The notes below the pieces were generated by a model, which ran no database searches, was not told the origin of the DNA, and was given only the letters and a program-made list of their open reading frames with translations. A stretch of 64,000 nt of DNA from Polyangiaceae bacterium (lineage in GTDB: Bacteria; Myxococcota_A; Polyangia; Polyangiales; Polyangiaceae): assembly GCA_041940405.1 (NCBI GenBank), contig JBGTSH010000002.1, positions 14,068-78,067 on the forward strand. The letters run 5' to 3'. Positions within the stretch are counted from its first letter, which is position 1, and every line of letters begins with the position of its first letter. This document shows, piece by piece, positions 27,352 through 38,964 of the stretch. The translations under genes were made by a program, and so were the position numbers.

Positions 27352-28154
27352 TGAAGACGAGAGCCGTCGTCCTCGCCGCGCTCGGTCTCGGCGGCTGCTC
27401 CGTCGTCATCGAGCTCGACGACTACGACGCCGCGGTCGGCTCGGGCGGCGCGAACGGCACCTCGAGCGGCGCGACGGCGACGAGCACCTCGGCCACCAGC
27501 GCGACCGGCTCGACGAGCTCCATCGTCGGCGCCGGCGGCGCCCCTCCGTGCGGCGACGGCCAGCTGCTTCCGGCCGCGCTCCTTCAAGAGCCGTTCGACG
27601 AAGGTGCACCGCAGACCTTCGCCGGTTGCGGCGCCCAGACCGGCGGAGTCCTCCACTTCGATCTACCGGCGTCGGGCGATCTCTGGTGCGTGTCGCAGTC
27701 GCTCGACGCGTACTGCCTGTCGACGTCGTCGATCACGATGAAGGTGCCCCAGGCGGCGACGGCGCCGATCCCCGGCCTCCAGACATGGGTGATCCTCGAT
27801 GAGGTGGGCGGCACAGGGTCGTTCTCGCTGCTGCTCGAAGGGAACGGCTTCGCTCTGAACGGACAGAAGGACGGGACGTCCGGCTCGATCCCTCTCGTGA
27901 GCGGGACTTATGACGAGTTCCAGAACGTCTGGTGGAAGATCGCGGGTGAGGACGGGGAGCTCGTCTTTTCGACTTCGACGGACGCGGTCATGTGGGACGA
28001 GCGCGGTCGCGGCGATCCGGTCATCTCGCTCGACGCCGTACGCATCACGATCGGCGCGAACCGCTACTTCAACCCGGATCACCCCGGGTCGGCGAACCTG
28101 CCGGCGGACTCGACGGTCGTCGATTGCCTGAACATGCCGGGCGCGTGCCCCTGA
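27351..28154 (+). CDS. hypothetical lipoprotein (267 aa) with a G/S/T-rich linker
   Basis: The GTG start overlaps the upstream TAG (TAGTG). Lipobox LGLGGC. Only the C-terminal part of track ORF 26625..28154 looks real. Confidence 0.7.
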   Translation: MKTRAVVLAALGLGGCSVVIELDDYDAAVGSGGANGTSSGATATSTSATSATGSTSSIVGAGGAPPCGDGQLLPAALLQEPFDEGAPQTFAGCGAQTGGVLHFDLPASGDLWCVSQSLDAYCLSTSSITMKVPQAATAPIPGLQTWVILDEVGGTGSFSLLLEGNGFALNGQKDGTSGSIPLVSGTYDEFQNVWWKIAGEDGELVFSTSTDAVMWDERGRGDPVISLDAVRITIGANRYFNPDHPGSANLPADSTVVDCLNMPGACP

Positions 28155-28229
28155 CGAGCCCGTGACGGGGGATCGAGCGCACTTTCCAATGTTTCTTAAC
28201 GGGCCTCCCCGGACATCCGACACCATAGT

Positions 28230-28658
28230 TTGGCCATGTACAGCTTGACCCACGCGCTCGAGGTCCAGGCGTCGAACGTCGCCGTCTGGCGGCTGCTCTC
28301 GGACTTCGAGGGCGCGCCCGCGTGGAAGACCGATCTCGTCGGTGAGGCAGGCGTCCTGCGCAAGGACGTGGTCGAGTGGGACGAAGGCAAGTGGATGCGC
28401 CTCGAGCTCACCGACTCCAGCCTGCCGCTCGCGCGCGCGAAGTTGATGCTGGGCGTCGAGCCGATCGGGGCCGGGCGGAGCACCGTCGTCGTCGAGTTCG
28501 AGTACGAGCCGCTCGCCGGAGCGGCGAAGTGCTTCGGATCGCGCTTCGCTCTCCGAGGAAAGCTCTGCAGATCGGTCCACCGGATGCTCGCGTCGTTCAA
28601 GAGCGCCGCCGAGACCACGACGAGCACCGGAGGCGTTCTGCGCCCGGTCCGCGCCTGA
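28230..28658 (+). CDS. SRPBCC (START/polyketide cyclase-like) family protein
   Basis: VWRLLSDFEGAPAWKTDL.. is a typical SRPBCC N-terminal pattern; about 142 aa. Confidence 0.7.
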   Translation: MAMYSLTHALEVQASNVAVWRLLSDFEGAPAWKTDLVGEAGVLRKDVVEWDEGKWMRLELTDSSLPLARAKLMLGVEPIGAGRSTVVVEFEYEPLAGAAKCFGSRFALRGKLCRSVHRMLASFKSAAETTTSTGGVLRPVRA

Positions 28659-28661
28659 GCT

Positions 28662-29996
28662 TCAGGCCTTCTTTCGGAAGGTCGCGCCCAGGTCCCAGCC
28701 GCCCGCCGGAGCGCGCGGGATCTGGACGCTCGGCATGATCCCGCCGCTCAGGCGTAGATCGCCGAGCACGCCGAGGCGAAGCTCGCGCGCGACGTCACGT
28801 GGGGTCGCGCCCTTCGGGGGCTTCGCGGCGATCTGCGAGCCGCGCGACGGATCGTCGAACGTGGCGAGCGCCGCGGCGATCCCTGCCTGACCGGGGAAGG
28901 CGGGTCGAACGACGTGGCAGGAGAGCATTGCTTCCCCGCGCCTGCGCTTCGAAAGGATCTCGGCCGAGGAGGCGCGCTTCGCTCGTACCTCGTGGCCGGA
29001 GCGGGAAAGGATGTCGGCCAGCGCCTTGGCGATCTCGACGAGGTGCGCCGACGAGCCGTCGGCGTAGACGTCGATCGGCGCTTCGTCCCACGCGACGCTG
29101 TCGCTCCCATCCGGCAGCGAGCCCAGCCCGAGGTGAGCGAGCCTCGCCCGGGGCAGCAGATCGACGAGCCGTTGCAGCGCTCCTGGTTTGGAGATCGATC
29201 CCGCGTCGCGTGTCGCGGCGACCACGAGCATGCCGGCCGAGCCGAGCTCGAACTTCTGCGCGCCGGTGCGCGCTCCGAAGAGGCCCAGCCCCAACCAGCC
29301 GAGGTCGTGCCGGCCGGCTTCGAAGTCTCGCAAGCTCTCCCGGAGATCCGCGGCTTGCTGCACCGACACCTCGTCCAAAAATGACGGTCCCATCGCCGCG
29401 CGATCGTTGCGCCGGAGCACCAGGGATCCGCCGGAGCGTGCCGCCGCGAACGCACCGGTTCCGTCGGGCCGCGCGGGATCGAACCCGCGCGGAACCAGCG
29501 CGGCGAGCGGCGAAGCGAGCGCCTTGGTCGCGACGCTGGGGTTGACCTTCAAGAGAACGGTGAGCGGCTCCTTCGGGTGAACGCTCGCGTTCCCGAGCTG
29601 AGCGAGGACCGCGGCGCCGCCCAGCGCGCGGGAGCGCTGGATGCTCGCCACCACGTCGCGACCGTCGAGAGCCTTGCCGGACGCCGTACGGAGCCCCGGC
29701 CGAAGGCGGATCACCGTGCCCACCTGCGGCTCTTGGGACGGCAGCGCTTCGGCCAGGGCCGGGCGAAAGCCGAGCCTTTCGTCCGGCACGATCAGCGTGT
29801 CGAAGAGCGCGCCCGCGAAGAGCGCCCCGCCGGGATTCGCCAGATCGTGTGGATCCACCGACGAGAGCGACCAGGGGACTGCGAAGGAAACCTTTCCTCC
29901 GAGCGGGGTCCGCGCGAGGCCGAGCGCCCGCCCCGGCAGCGACAGGGCAGCGCCCGCTGCGGCGAGCGAAAATGCGCGGCGTGACAGAATGGTCAT
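28662..29996 (-). CDS. family-5 (peptide/nickel type) ABC substrate-binding-like protein with a Tat-like signal
   Basis: SRRAFSLAAAGAAL signal, then SSVDPHDL..FDTLIV..PALAEA..LRPGLRTASGKALDGRDVVASIQRS as in SBP_bac_5. No permease or ATPase genes are nearby. Confidence 0.7.
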   Translation of the reverse strand: MTILSRRAFSLAAAGAALSLPGRALGLARTPLGGKVSFAVPWSLSSVDPHDLANPGGALFAGALFDTLIVPDERLGFRPALAEALPSQEPQVGTVIRLRPGLRTASGKALDGRDVVASIQRSRALGGAAVLAQLGNASVHPKEPLTVLLKVNPSVATKALASPLAALVPRGFDPARPDGTGAFAAARSGGSLVLRRNDRAAMGPSFLDEVSVQQAADLRESLRDFEAGRHDLGWLGLGLFGARTGAQKFELGSAGMLVVAATRDAGSISKPGALQRLVDLLPRARLAHLGLGSLPDGSDSVAWDEAPIDVYADGSSAHLVEIAKALADILSRSGHEVRAKRASSAEILSKRRRGEAMLSCHVVRPAFPGQAGIAAALATFDDPSRGSQIAAKPPKGATPRDVARELRLGVLGDLRLSGGIMPSVQIPRAPAGGWDLGATFRKKA

Positions 29997-31435
29997 TTTG
30001 CGAAGAGGATCTCGGCGGGGGTCCCGACCAAGAACGGCGACCTGCCCGATCCGTCAGGCGGGCAGACGGCGAGGGCCTGGACGCCCGCAGCGACAGGCAT
30101 TCGGAGCCTCTCGACCGGCTGCTTCTTCGAGCGGTCCCAGGTGTAGACGACGACGGCGTCGTTCGTTCCGCGTTGAACGTCGAGGCTGGTCAGGATCTCC
30201 GGGAGGCCGTCCTGATCGAGATCGCCGACCGCGAGCTGCGCGCCGGCGGTGGTGATGGTGCTCGCGTGGCCGGCGTCATCGAAGATCTCGACGACGCCGT
30301 CTTCGCGTCCGGCCCAGATCTCGAACGGCTTGCCGTCGGCCGAGACCAACGAGGCGCCGGCGATCGCGTCGTAGCGACCGCCGACCGAGCTGCGACGCTG
30401 CGGCAGCGTGCCGGTGCCACACTGCTCGAGCGGGCCGGTGATCGTCGGCGCTTCGAAGCGCGCGCACGAGAAGGATCCGCCATCCGGGACCGCGAAGCCC
30501 GCATAAGGTGCGATGAGCTCGAGGTTCTTGTCGAGACGAGCTGCGCGGAAGCGATCCGAGATCGACACGATGGCCTCGAAGGTCGCGTAGGTATCGAGTC
30601 GCTCGGTCCGCCCGACAATGGCCGAGGCCACCGGCTCGCGCAGTGGCGTCGGATCCATCGGCGAAAGGTCCTTCCAGCCTCGGGCAATCTCGGGATGCGC
30701 CTTGCCGTTTCGCAGCCGGACCAACGTCACTCGCTCGGAGCTCACGCTGACGATCTCGAGCGCACCGTCCCGATCGAGGTCCCCGCAGCCGAGGGCGACC
30801 ACGCCGCTCTCGAACGCTTGGCCGCGGGTGACCGCGAGCGGGCTTGCGAGCTGGATCGGCTCGAGGAAGCTCCGCACCTCGGCGTCGATCGGCGCTTCGG
30901 CGAATGCATGCGCCACCGGACCGGGCGAAGGGTTGCGAACCCGCGCCCAAACGGTGGCCGGAACGGGATGGACGTCCGCCGTGACCAAGAGCCTACCGCG
31001 TTCGATGCGCGGTCGAACGAACACCACCGCGGCCGCCCGCCGGGCTCGAACCATCGCGCCCTCGATCGGCTCGGGCTTCTGCGGCGCCGGCCAGCCGCGC
31101 CTGCCCGCGAGCTGGGTGGCGACGAGCGCCGACAAAGCTTCGGCTCGGGTCGCTTTGGCGTCGCTCTCGATCGCGGCGACGGCGACGACGACCTGTCCTT
31201 CTATCTTCGGAAGCGCGCCGGCGAGGGCGTCGGCGACGGTAGCCACGGCGGGCTGCGCGCGCCCCGGCGCCGCCGGCGGTGGAGCCGGAGGCGCCGGCGG
31301 AGCGGCAGGCGCAGGCGACTTGGGTTTTCCGGGCTTCTCGGGCTTGCCCTGCGCGGCGGCCCAAGAAGAGATAAACAGCGCGACGATCCCCAACGCGATC
31401 GCGGGAGCTCTCACGGCCGGAAATACTACCGGCAC
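29993..31435 (-). CDS. secreted FG-GAP/VCBS-repeat-like protein with a Pro/Ala-rich N-terminal linker
   Basis: Signal peptide plus GCGDLDRDGALEIV and VGDLDQDGLPEIL motifs. ATGA overlap with the downstream SBP-like gene. Confidence 0.7.
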   Translation of the reverse strand: MPVVFPAVRAPAIALGIVALFISSWAAAQGKPEKPGKPKSPAPAAPPAPPAPPPAAPGRAQPAVATVADALAGALPKIEGQVVVAVAAIESDAKATRAEALSALVATQLAGRRGWPAPQKPEPIEGAMVRARRAAAVVFVRPRIERGRLLVTADVHPVPATVWARVRNPSPGPVAHAFAEAPIDAEVRSFLEPIQLASPLAVTRGQAFESGVVALGCGDLDRDGALEIVSVSSERVTLVRLRNGKAHPEIARGWKDLSPMDPTPLREPVASAIVGRTERLDTYATFEAIVSISDRFRAARLDKNLELIAPYAGFAVPDGGSFSCARFEAPTITGPLEQCGTGTLPQRRSSVGGRYDAIAGASLVSADGKPFEIWAGREDGVVEIFDDAGHASTITTAGAQLAVGDLDQDGLPEILTSLDVQRGTNDAVVVYTWDRSKKQPVERLRMPVAAGVQALAVCPPDGSGRSPFLVGTPAEILFAK

Positions 31436-31441
31436 TGCGAG

Positions 31442-31876
31442 CTAGCTCGCGAGCGCTTCGATCGGCTCGGTCCGCGCTGCGCGCGCGACCGCTTTGACGA
31501 GCGTCGGTATGCTCACCGGCTTGGCGAGGTGACGCTGGAAACCGCTCGCCAGGATCAGCTCGCGGTCCTCTTCCCTCGTGTAGCCGGTTACGGCGATCGC
31601 GGGCGTCCGACCGCCCAGCTCGTTCGGCAGAGCTCGTATCGACTGCACGAGCTCGCATCCGTCCGTGCCGGGCATCGCGATGTCCGAGATCACGACCTTG
31701 GGCCGGAGAACCGGCACCAGCGCCAACGCCTCACGCGCCGAAGCTGCCGCGCGAACCTCTGCCCCGTGTTGCTCGAGTGCGAGCTGCATCAGCTCACGCG
31801 TGTCTTCATCGGTGTCCACGAAAAGCAACAGTACGCCACGTAACAGGCTCTTCGCCCGTTCTGCGTCTCGGCTCAT
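31442..31876 (-). CDS. single-domain (CheY-like) response regulator
   Basis: LLFVDTDED.., VISDIAMPGTDG, AVTGY and KPV receiver motifs. The start was trimmed to ATG 31876, preceded by GGGGGAGGA. Confidence 0.85.
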   Translation of the reverse strand: MSRDAERAKSLLRGVLLLFVDTDEDTRELMQLALEQHGAEVRAAASAREALALVPVLRPKVVISDIAMPGTDGCELVQSIRALPNELGGRTPAIAVTGYTREEDRELILASGFQRHLAKPVSIPTLVKAVARAARTEPIEALAS

Positions 31877-32104
31877 CCCCAATCCTCCCCCTTCACACCA
31901 GAAGTGCGAAACCTGTTCATAAGCGAGGGAGAGCAGCGAGCGCAAGACGGATGACGGGATATTTTCTCCACAGCTTTTCCACGCGCCGTAACGCTGCGCG
32001 CTTTGCCGAGATTGCGGGACTTGCTGCGTCCCGCGAGCACGCGCGCCCTCGGCCTCAGCCGGGGACGCGCGCGTCTTCATGTCGTTGGTGTTGCAACGAT
32101 CTGT

Positions 32105-32374
32105 CTATGGGGCCGACATGCCTCCCGTCGAGGTCGCTCCAGTTCCGGTCGTCATGCCAGTCACGCTGCTTCCCGTCCCCGCGGCGACGAGCGAGGTCGT
32201 GCCGGTAGCGGTCTGCATCTCTCCCATCGAAGCCAACCCGGGGGCGCCGCCCGTGCCGATCGGCTTCTGAACGTCGCTGTAGGCCGGGTCCTGCGGCATC
32301 GGGCTCGAGTCGGCACACGCGGCGATCGCCACGATGAGAAAGAGAAATGAAAATGTCGAGAGGGTCACGCGCAT
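32105..32374 (-). CDS. small lipoprotein (89 aa) with a Gly/Thr/Ser-rich body
   Basis: MRVTLSTFSFLFLIVAIAAC is a signal peptide plus lipobox. The AT-richer signal-peptide codons stand out in the sequence. Confidence 0.6.
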   Translation of the reverse strand: MRVTLSTFSFLFLIVAIAACADSSPMPQDPAYSDVQKPIGTGGAPGLASMGEMQTATGTTSLVAAGTGSSVTGMTTGTGATSTGGMSAP

Positions 32375-32527
32375 GGAAGTTTCCTTTCTGCGGTGCCGTC
32401 GGTCTGCAGCGCGCGTGCCGGTCGCCGATGAATGCGGGCAGTCCGCGAAAGGACACGTCTCGGATCGAATCGAACGTCGGCGACGTCGCGCCTCTACGCG
32501 TGCGCGAACGCTCGCTGAGGCGTGAGG

Positions 32528-32571
32528 GTCTCGATCGACTCTCGATGGATGGATCGCGAGTCGATCGAGAC
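32528..32571 (-). terminator. 14-bp perfect inverted repeat (hairpin) immediately downstream of the DUF1328 gene
   Basis: GTCTCGATCGACTC-16 nt-GAGTCGATCGAGAC read directly. It lies 15 nt past the stop at 32586, and there is no U-tract. Confidence 0.5.
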
Positions 32572-32585
32572 GGCGTCGTCCTACG

Positions 32586-32750
32586 TCATGCCGGAACGTT
32601 GCGCCCGCGGAGCAGGCTGATCACGGCGAGGACCAGGAACGCGACGAAGAGGATCTTCGCGATGCCCGCTGCGGCTCCTGCCAGGCCCGAGAACCCGAGG
32701 AAGGCAGCAATCAACGCGACGACGAAAAACACGATGGTCCAATACAGCAT
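32586..32750 (-). CDS. DUF1328 (UPF0391) small membrane protein
   Basis: [47 protein letters not shown] is the characteristic family sequence. The start was trimmed to ATG 32750. Confidence 0.85.
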   Translation of the reverse strand: MLYWTIVFFVVALIAAFLGFSGLAGAAAGIAKILFVAFLVLAVISLLRGRNVPA

Positions 32751-32791
32751 GACGTAGCTCCTGTTCTGTTGGGGTAGAGAGAGGGTGCGGC

Positions 32792-33208
32792 TCACGTCGT
32801 GGGCTGGATTCGTTCCGGTTGGTCCAGGCCCCCGGGGACGTAGTCGGTGTCCATCCGATGCAGAGACTCCTGCGAAGGAGGCGCCTCGACCGACGCCGGC
32901 GGACGAACGCGGTTGGCGATCGTCCGGCGAAGCAGGCGCCCCGACGTCGGCGCGAAGATCAGCGCCGCGCCAGCCCCGATGACGACGCCCGCGCCGAAAG
33001 CGGCGACCGTCGAAAGTGGGCTGCGCTTCCTCTGAAGCCCGAGCGCGGAGAGGGCAGAAACCATCGAGACCCCGCGGACGAGCTTGCCCAGGCGGTAGAT
33101 CTTGTCGACCACGTCGGTGGCGGTGCCGCGAACGGCATGGCCGGCCTCTCCTGCAAGGGTGCCAGCGCGTTCGCCGGCCATGTGAAGCGTGTCGTCTACG
33201 ACGGACAT
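32792..33208 (-). CDS. YtxH-like general-stress membrane-associated protein
   Basis: [26 protein letters not shown] is a YtxH-type motif. The start was trimmed to ATG 33208, preceded by AAGGAG. Confidence 0.7.
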   Translation of the reverse strand: MSVVDDTLHMAGERAGTLAGEAGHAVRGTATDVVDKIYRLGKLVRGVSMVSALSALGLQRKRSPLSTVAAFGAGVVIGAGAALIFAPTSGRLLRRTIANRVRPPASVEAPPSQESLHRMDTDYVPGGLDQPERIQPTT

Positions 33209-33452
33209 GTCAGGCTCCTTTTTGAATTCTGCGCATTCGAACCGAGCAAGCACCGCGCCACGCGCGATGTTGTGACCTGTCCCCGCGATCTCCGGGATCC
33301 GCTCCGATCCGAGTGTGGCGCGTCGGTTGGGCCGAGGCGCGCCGGTGTGCGGCGGCGGTAGATCGAGGCGCGCAGATGCGTGCGCCGTTCGGTCTGCTGC
33401 TTGCAGCAGCTGAGACCGTCCGCGCGCGAATGTGTCAACTCATCACGGAGAC

Positions 33453-34058
33453 ATGGAAATGAAAGCCACCGAGTACTTGAAGACCCAGCACCGCGAGGTC
33501 GAGAAGCTCTTCGCCGCGATCGAGAAGGCGGAGGACGGCGTCAAGAAGCAGGAGCTCTTCGAGCAACTGGCCGCGAACCTCGTCGCGCATGACGCGATCG
33601 AGCGGGAGATCTTCTACCCCGCGTGCGAGGACCGGATGGGCGTCAACGACGTCCTCGGTGAAGCGTTGGTCGAGCACGGGCTGGTCGAGTTCAGCCTGCT
33701 CCGCGCCGACGAGAATCTCGGAAACGAATACTTCGACCACTTCATCTCGGTGCTCAAAGAGAACGTCGAGCACCACGTGAAGGAGGAGGAGAAGGAGCTC
33801 TTGCCGCTCGTGGAGAACTACATCGAGGCCGCCGAGCTCGAAGAGCTCACCGAAAAGCTCGAAGCGCGCTTCGAGAAGGCGCTCGCTGCCGACTACCGCG
33901 GTCCGCTCGTCGAGAACGTCCGCGAGGTGCTCGCGGGTGCCTTGAAGACAGGCAAGGAGAACGTCGACGAGGTCGCCGAACAGCGCGCCGCAGAGGCGCC
34001 CGCGAAGCGTTCGACGAAGAAGAAGGCGAAGAGCACCCAGCGAGCGCATCACCGCTGA
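33453..34058 (+). CDS. hemerythrin-domain protein
   Basis: TQHREVEKLF, HDAIEREIFYP and VEHHVKEEEKELLP are His/Glu ligand helices. ATG 33453 is preceded by ACGGAG. Confidence 0.8.
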   Translation: MEMKATEYLKTQHREVEKLFAAIEKAEDGVKKQELFEQLAANLVAHDAIEREIFYPACEDRMGVNDVLGEALVEHGLVEFSLLRADENLGNEYFDHFISVLKENVEHHVKEEEKELLPLVENYIEAAELEELTEKLEARFEKALAADYRGPLVENVREVLAGALKTGKENVDEVAEQRAAEAPAKRSTKKKAKSTQRAHHR

Positions 34059-34068
34059 CGGCTGCTCC

Positions 34069-34767
34069 ATGGAGCCCGTGCCCGCCCCGCGGAAGGCTCG
34101 GCGAGTCTGGAGCGCGCTCAGGAGCTCCAGCCTCTCGCTTGCCTTCCTCGGGCTGTTCGTCGTTTGTATCGGCGGTCAGCTCCTGGCCGGTCATCGTGCG
34201 TACAACGAGGAACGCGAAGACCACGGGCACGCCGAGGTGGGTTTCGGGAGCTACGTCAGGAGCGGCCACGCGCTCGAGGCGATCTTCGAGAACTGGGAGA
34301 GCGAATTCCTCCAGATGGGACTCTTCGTCCTGCTTACGGTAAAGCTCTACCAACGAGGCTCGTCGGAGTCGAAGGCACCCGAGGAGCCGCACGAGTCGGA
34401 CGAGGATCCGAGAAAGCACGCCGGCGACCCCGGCGTTCCGTGGCCGGTCCGCCGCGGAGGCTTCGCGCTCAAGGTCTACGAGCACTCGCTGTCGATCGCG
34501 CTCCTAGCTCTCTTCGCCGTGTCCTTCGCGCTGCACGCGATCACCGGCTGTGCGAAGGCGAACGAAGAGGCGATGGTCCGCGGTGAGCCGCTCAAATCGC
34601 TCCCAGAGTTCGTGACATCGGCGCAATTTTGGTACGAGTCGCTGCAGAACTGGCAGAGCGAGTTCCTCTCGGTGTTCGCGATCATCGTTCTCGCGATCTT
34701 CCTCCGCGAGAGAGGCTCGCCTCAGTCGAAGCCGGTCGCGGCGCCTCACCTCGAGACTGGCGGCTGA
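34069..34767 (+). CDS. DUF6766-like membrane protein
   Basis: YNEEREDHGH..SYVRSGHALEAIFENWESEFLQMGLFVLLTV, and a second ESLQNWQSEFLSVFAIIVLAIFLRERGSPQSK repeat. Confidence 0.75.
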   Translation: MEPVPAPRKARRVWSALRSSSLSLAFLGLFVVCIGGQLLAGHRAYNEEREDHGHAEVGFGSYVRSGHALEAIFENWESEFLQMGLFVLLTVKLYQRGSSESKAPEEPHESDEDPRKHAGDPGVPWPVRRGGFALKVYEHSLSIALLALFAVSFALHAITGCAKANEEAMVRGEPLKSLPEFVTSAQFWYESLQNWQSEFLSVFAIIVLAIFLRERGSPQSKPVAAPHLETGG

Positions 34768-34902
34768 CGGCAGGAGTGCCACAGTGCACACGCGAGCGAG
34801 CGCTCGAGCCTCGCCACGATACTGTCATTTGCGCGTTTCCGACGAGCCGTCATCGCGGGCACGCCATCTGCACGGAGGCCCGACCCAACCTCGGAGACCC
34901 CC

Positions 34903-35604
34903 ATGACATCGATTCGTTCCATTTCGCTCGGCCTGGCTCTCGTGCTCTCTCTCGCGGCTTGCGAAAAGCAGGACGACCGATCCGCGGCAGCCCCAGGCCA
35001 GTGGCCGGAGAGCGCACCGCAGCCCATGCCGGAAGAGACGCAGCCCGCGGCGATGCCACCGGCGGCGGCTGCCGGACCGGCCGCTGCAGAGCCCGCACCC
35101 ACGAACCCGCAGACGCCGGAGGCAGCTCCGCTCACCGATGCGCAGATCTTCATGGTGCTCGACGTCGCGAACGACAAGGAGATCGAGGAATCGAAGGTCG
35201 TCACGCCGACGACCAAGAACAAGGACGTCAAGTCGTTCGCCGACATGATGGTCAAGCACCACGGTGAGGCGAAGACCAAGGGTCAAAAGCTCGCGGAGAA
35301 GCTCGGCGTCACCCCCGCTACGTCGCCCGACGCGAAGAAGATCACCGAAGAGACGAAGACCGAAGTCGACAAGCTCAAGAAGCTCGCCGGCGCCGATCTC
35401 GACAAGGCATACATCGATCTGATGGTCACGGACCACCAGACCGTGCTCGACACGATCGACAAGAAGCTCATCCCGGCGGCGAAGAACGCCGACCTCAAGA
35501 AGATGATTGAGAGCGACCTCCGGCCGACGGTCGAGACGCACCTCAAGAAGGCCCAGGAGCTCCAAAAGAAGATGGGCGCCAAGCAGCCCAGCGCGGCACC
35601 CTGA
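34903..35604 (+). CDS. DUF4142-domain lipoprotein
   Basis: Lipobox LSLAAC and a Pro/Ala linker, then LTDAQIFMVLDVANDKEIEESK..VKSFADMMVKHH..AYIDLMVTDHQ. Confidence 0.8.
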   Translation: MTSIRSISLGLALVLSLAACEKQDDRSAAAPGQWPESAPQPMPEETQPAAMPPAAAAGPAAAEPAPTNPQTPEAAPLTDAQIFMVLDVANDKEIEESKVVTPTTKNKDVKSFADMMVKHHGEAKTKGQKLAEKLGVTPATSPDAKKITEETKTEVDKLKKLAGADLDKAYIDLMVTDHQTVLDTIDKKLIPAAKNADLKKMIESDLRPTVETHLKKAQELQKKMGAKQPSAAP

Positions 35605-35660
35605 GACGGCCGGCGCCTGCTGCGCGCCGCTGCTACATCTGCTATGTCTCCACCGGAGAC

Positions 35661-37893
<2,233 letters not shown>

Positions 37894-37904
<11 letters not shown>

Positions 37905-38874
37905 CCGAGCTCATCTCGGGATAGCGCGTCCCTGCGGCGAGCTCCGGCGGGAACGCGTCGTCGATCGCTTTGCGCTCGGCGGCCGTGAGCACCATCTCGC
38001 TTGCAGCCGCGTTCTCTTCCAGGCGCTTGATGCTGCGCGTCCCCGGGATCGCGACGATGTTTTCACCGGCTCCGAGCACCCACGCGAGCGCGAGCTGTGC
38101 CGGCGTCACCTTGCGCGCCGCTGCGAGCTCCTCGATACGGCGGACGACCTCGAGGTTCTTGGGGAAGTTCTCGGCGGAGAAGCGCGGCATGAAGCGGCGC
38201 CAGTCGTCCTTGGCGAGGTCGTCGAGCGACTTGATCGCACCCGTCAGAAAGCCACGACCGAGCGGTGAATAGGCGACGAACGTGACGCCGAGCTCGGCGC
38301 ACGTGGAGAGGATGTCGCCCTCGGGCTCGCGCGACCAGAGCGAGTACTCGGTCTGGAGAGCGGCGATCGGGTGAACCTTGTAGGCGCGTCGGAGCGTCTC
38401 GGGCTTCGCCTCGGAGAGACCGAGGAAGCGCACTTTGCCCGCGCTCACCAGGTCCTTCATCGCGCCGACCGTCTCCTCGATCGGAACGGACTTGTCGACA
38501 CGGTGCTGGTAGTAGAGGTCGATTACGTCCAGGTTGAGGCGCTTGAGGCTCGCATCGCACGCCTGCTTCACGTACTCGGGCTTGCCCGAGATCCCGATGA
38601 ACGCGCCCTTCTCGTCGCGCATGACGGCAAACTTGGTCGCGACGATCGCACGGTCGCGCTTTGTAGCGAGCGCACGGCCGAGCAGCTGCTCGTTCGCGCC
38701 CGAGCCGTACATGTCGGCCGTGTCGAAGAAGTTCACGCCGATATCGAGCGCGTGGTGGATGACGTCGATCGAGGTCTTGTCCTCGGCCGCTCCGTAAAAG
38801 TCGCTCATCCCCATGCAGCCGAGACCAACCGTCGCGATCTGAGGTCCGCTGTTGCCGAGCTTTCGGGTCTTCAT
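37894..38874 (-). CDS. aldo/keto reductase
   Basis: LGCMGMS, FFDTADMYG, YYQHR and LGLSE motifs. RBS GGAG. It overlaps the convergent gene by 11 nt. Confidence 0.92.
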
Positions 38875-38964
38875 GGGCCTAGTAAATGACTCCTCGGCCG
38901 CGAACGCGAAAGACCCTCGGCTGCGGTTGTCTTGCCCAATCCTGCGATCGAGCCCCGGCGAAGC

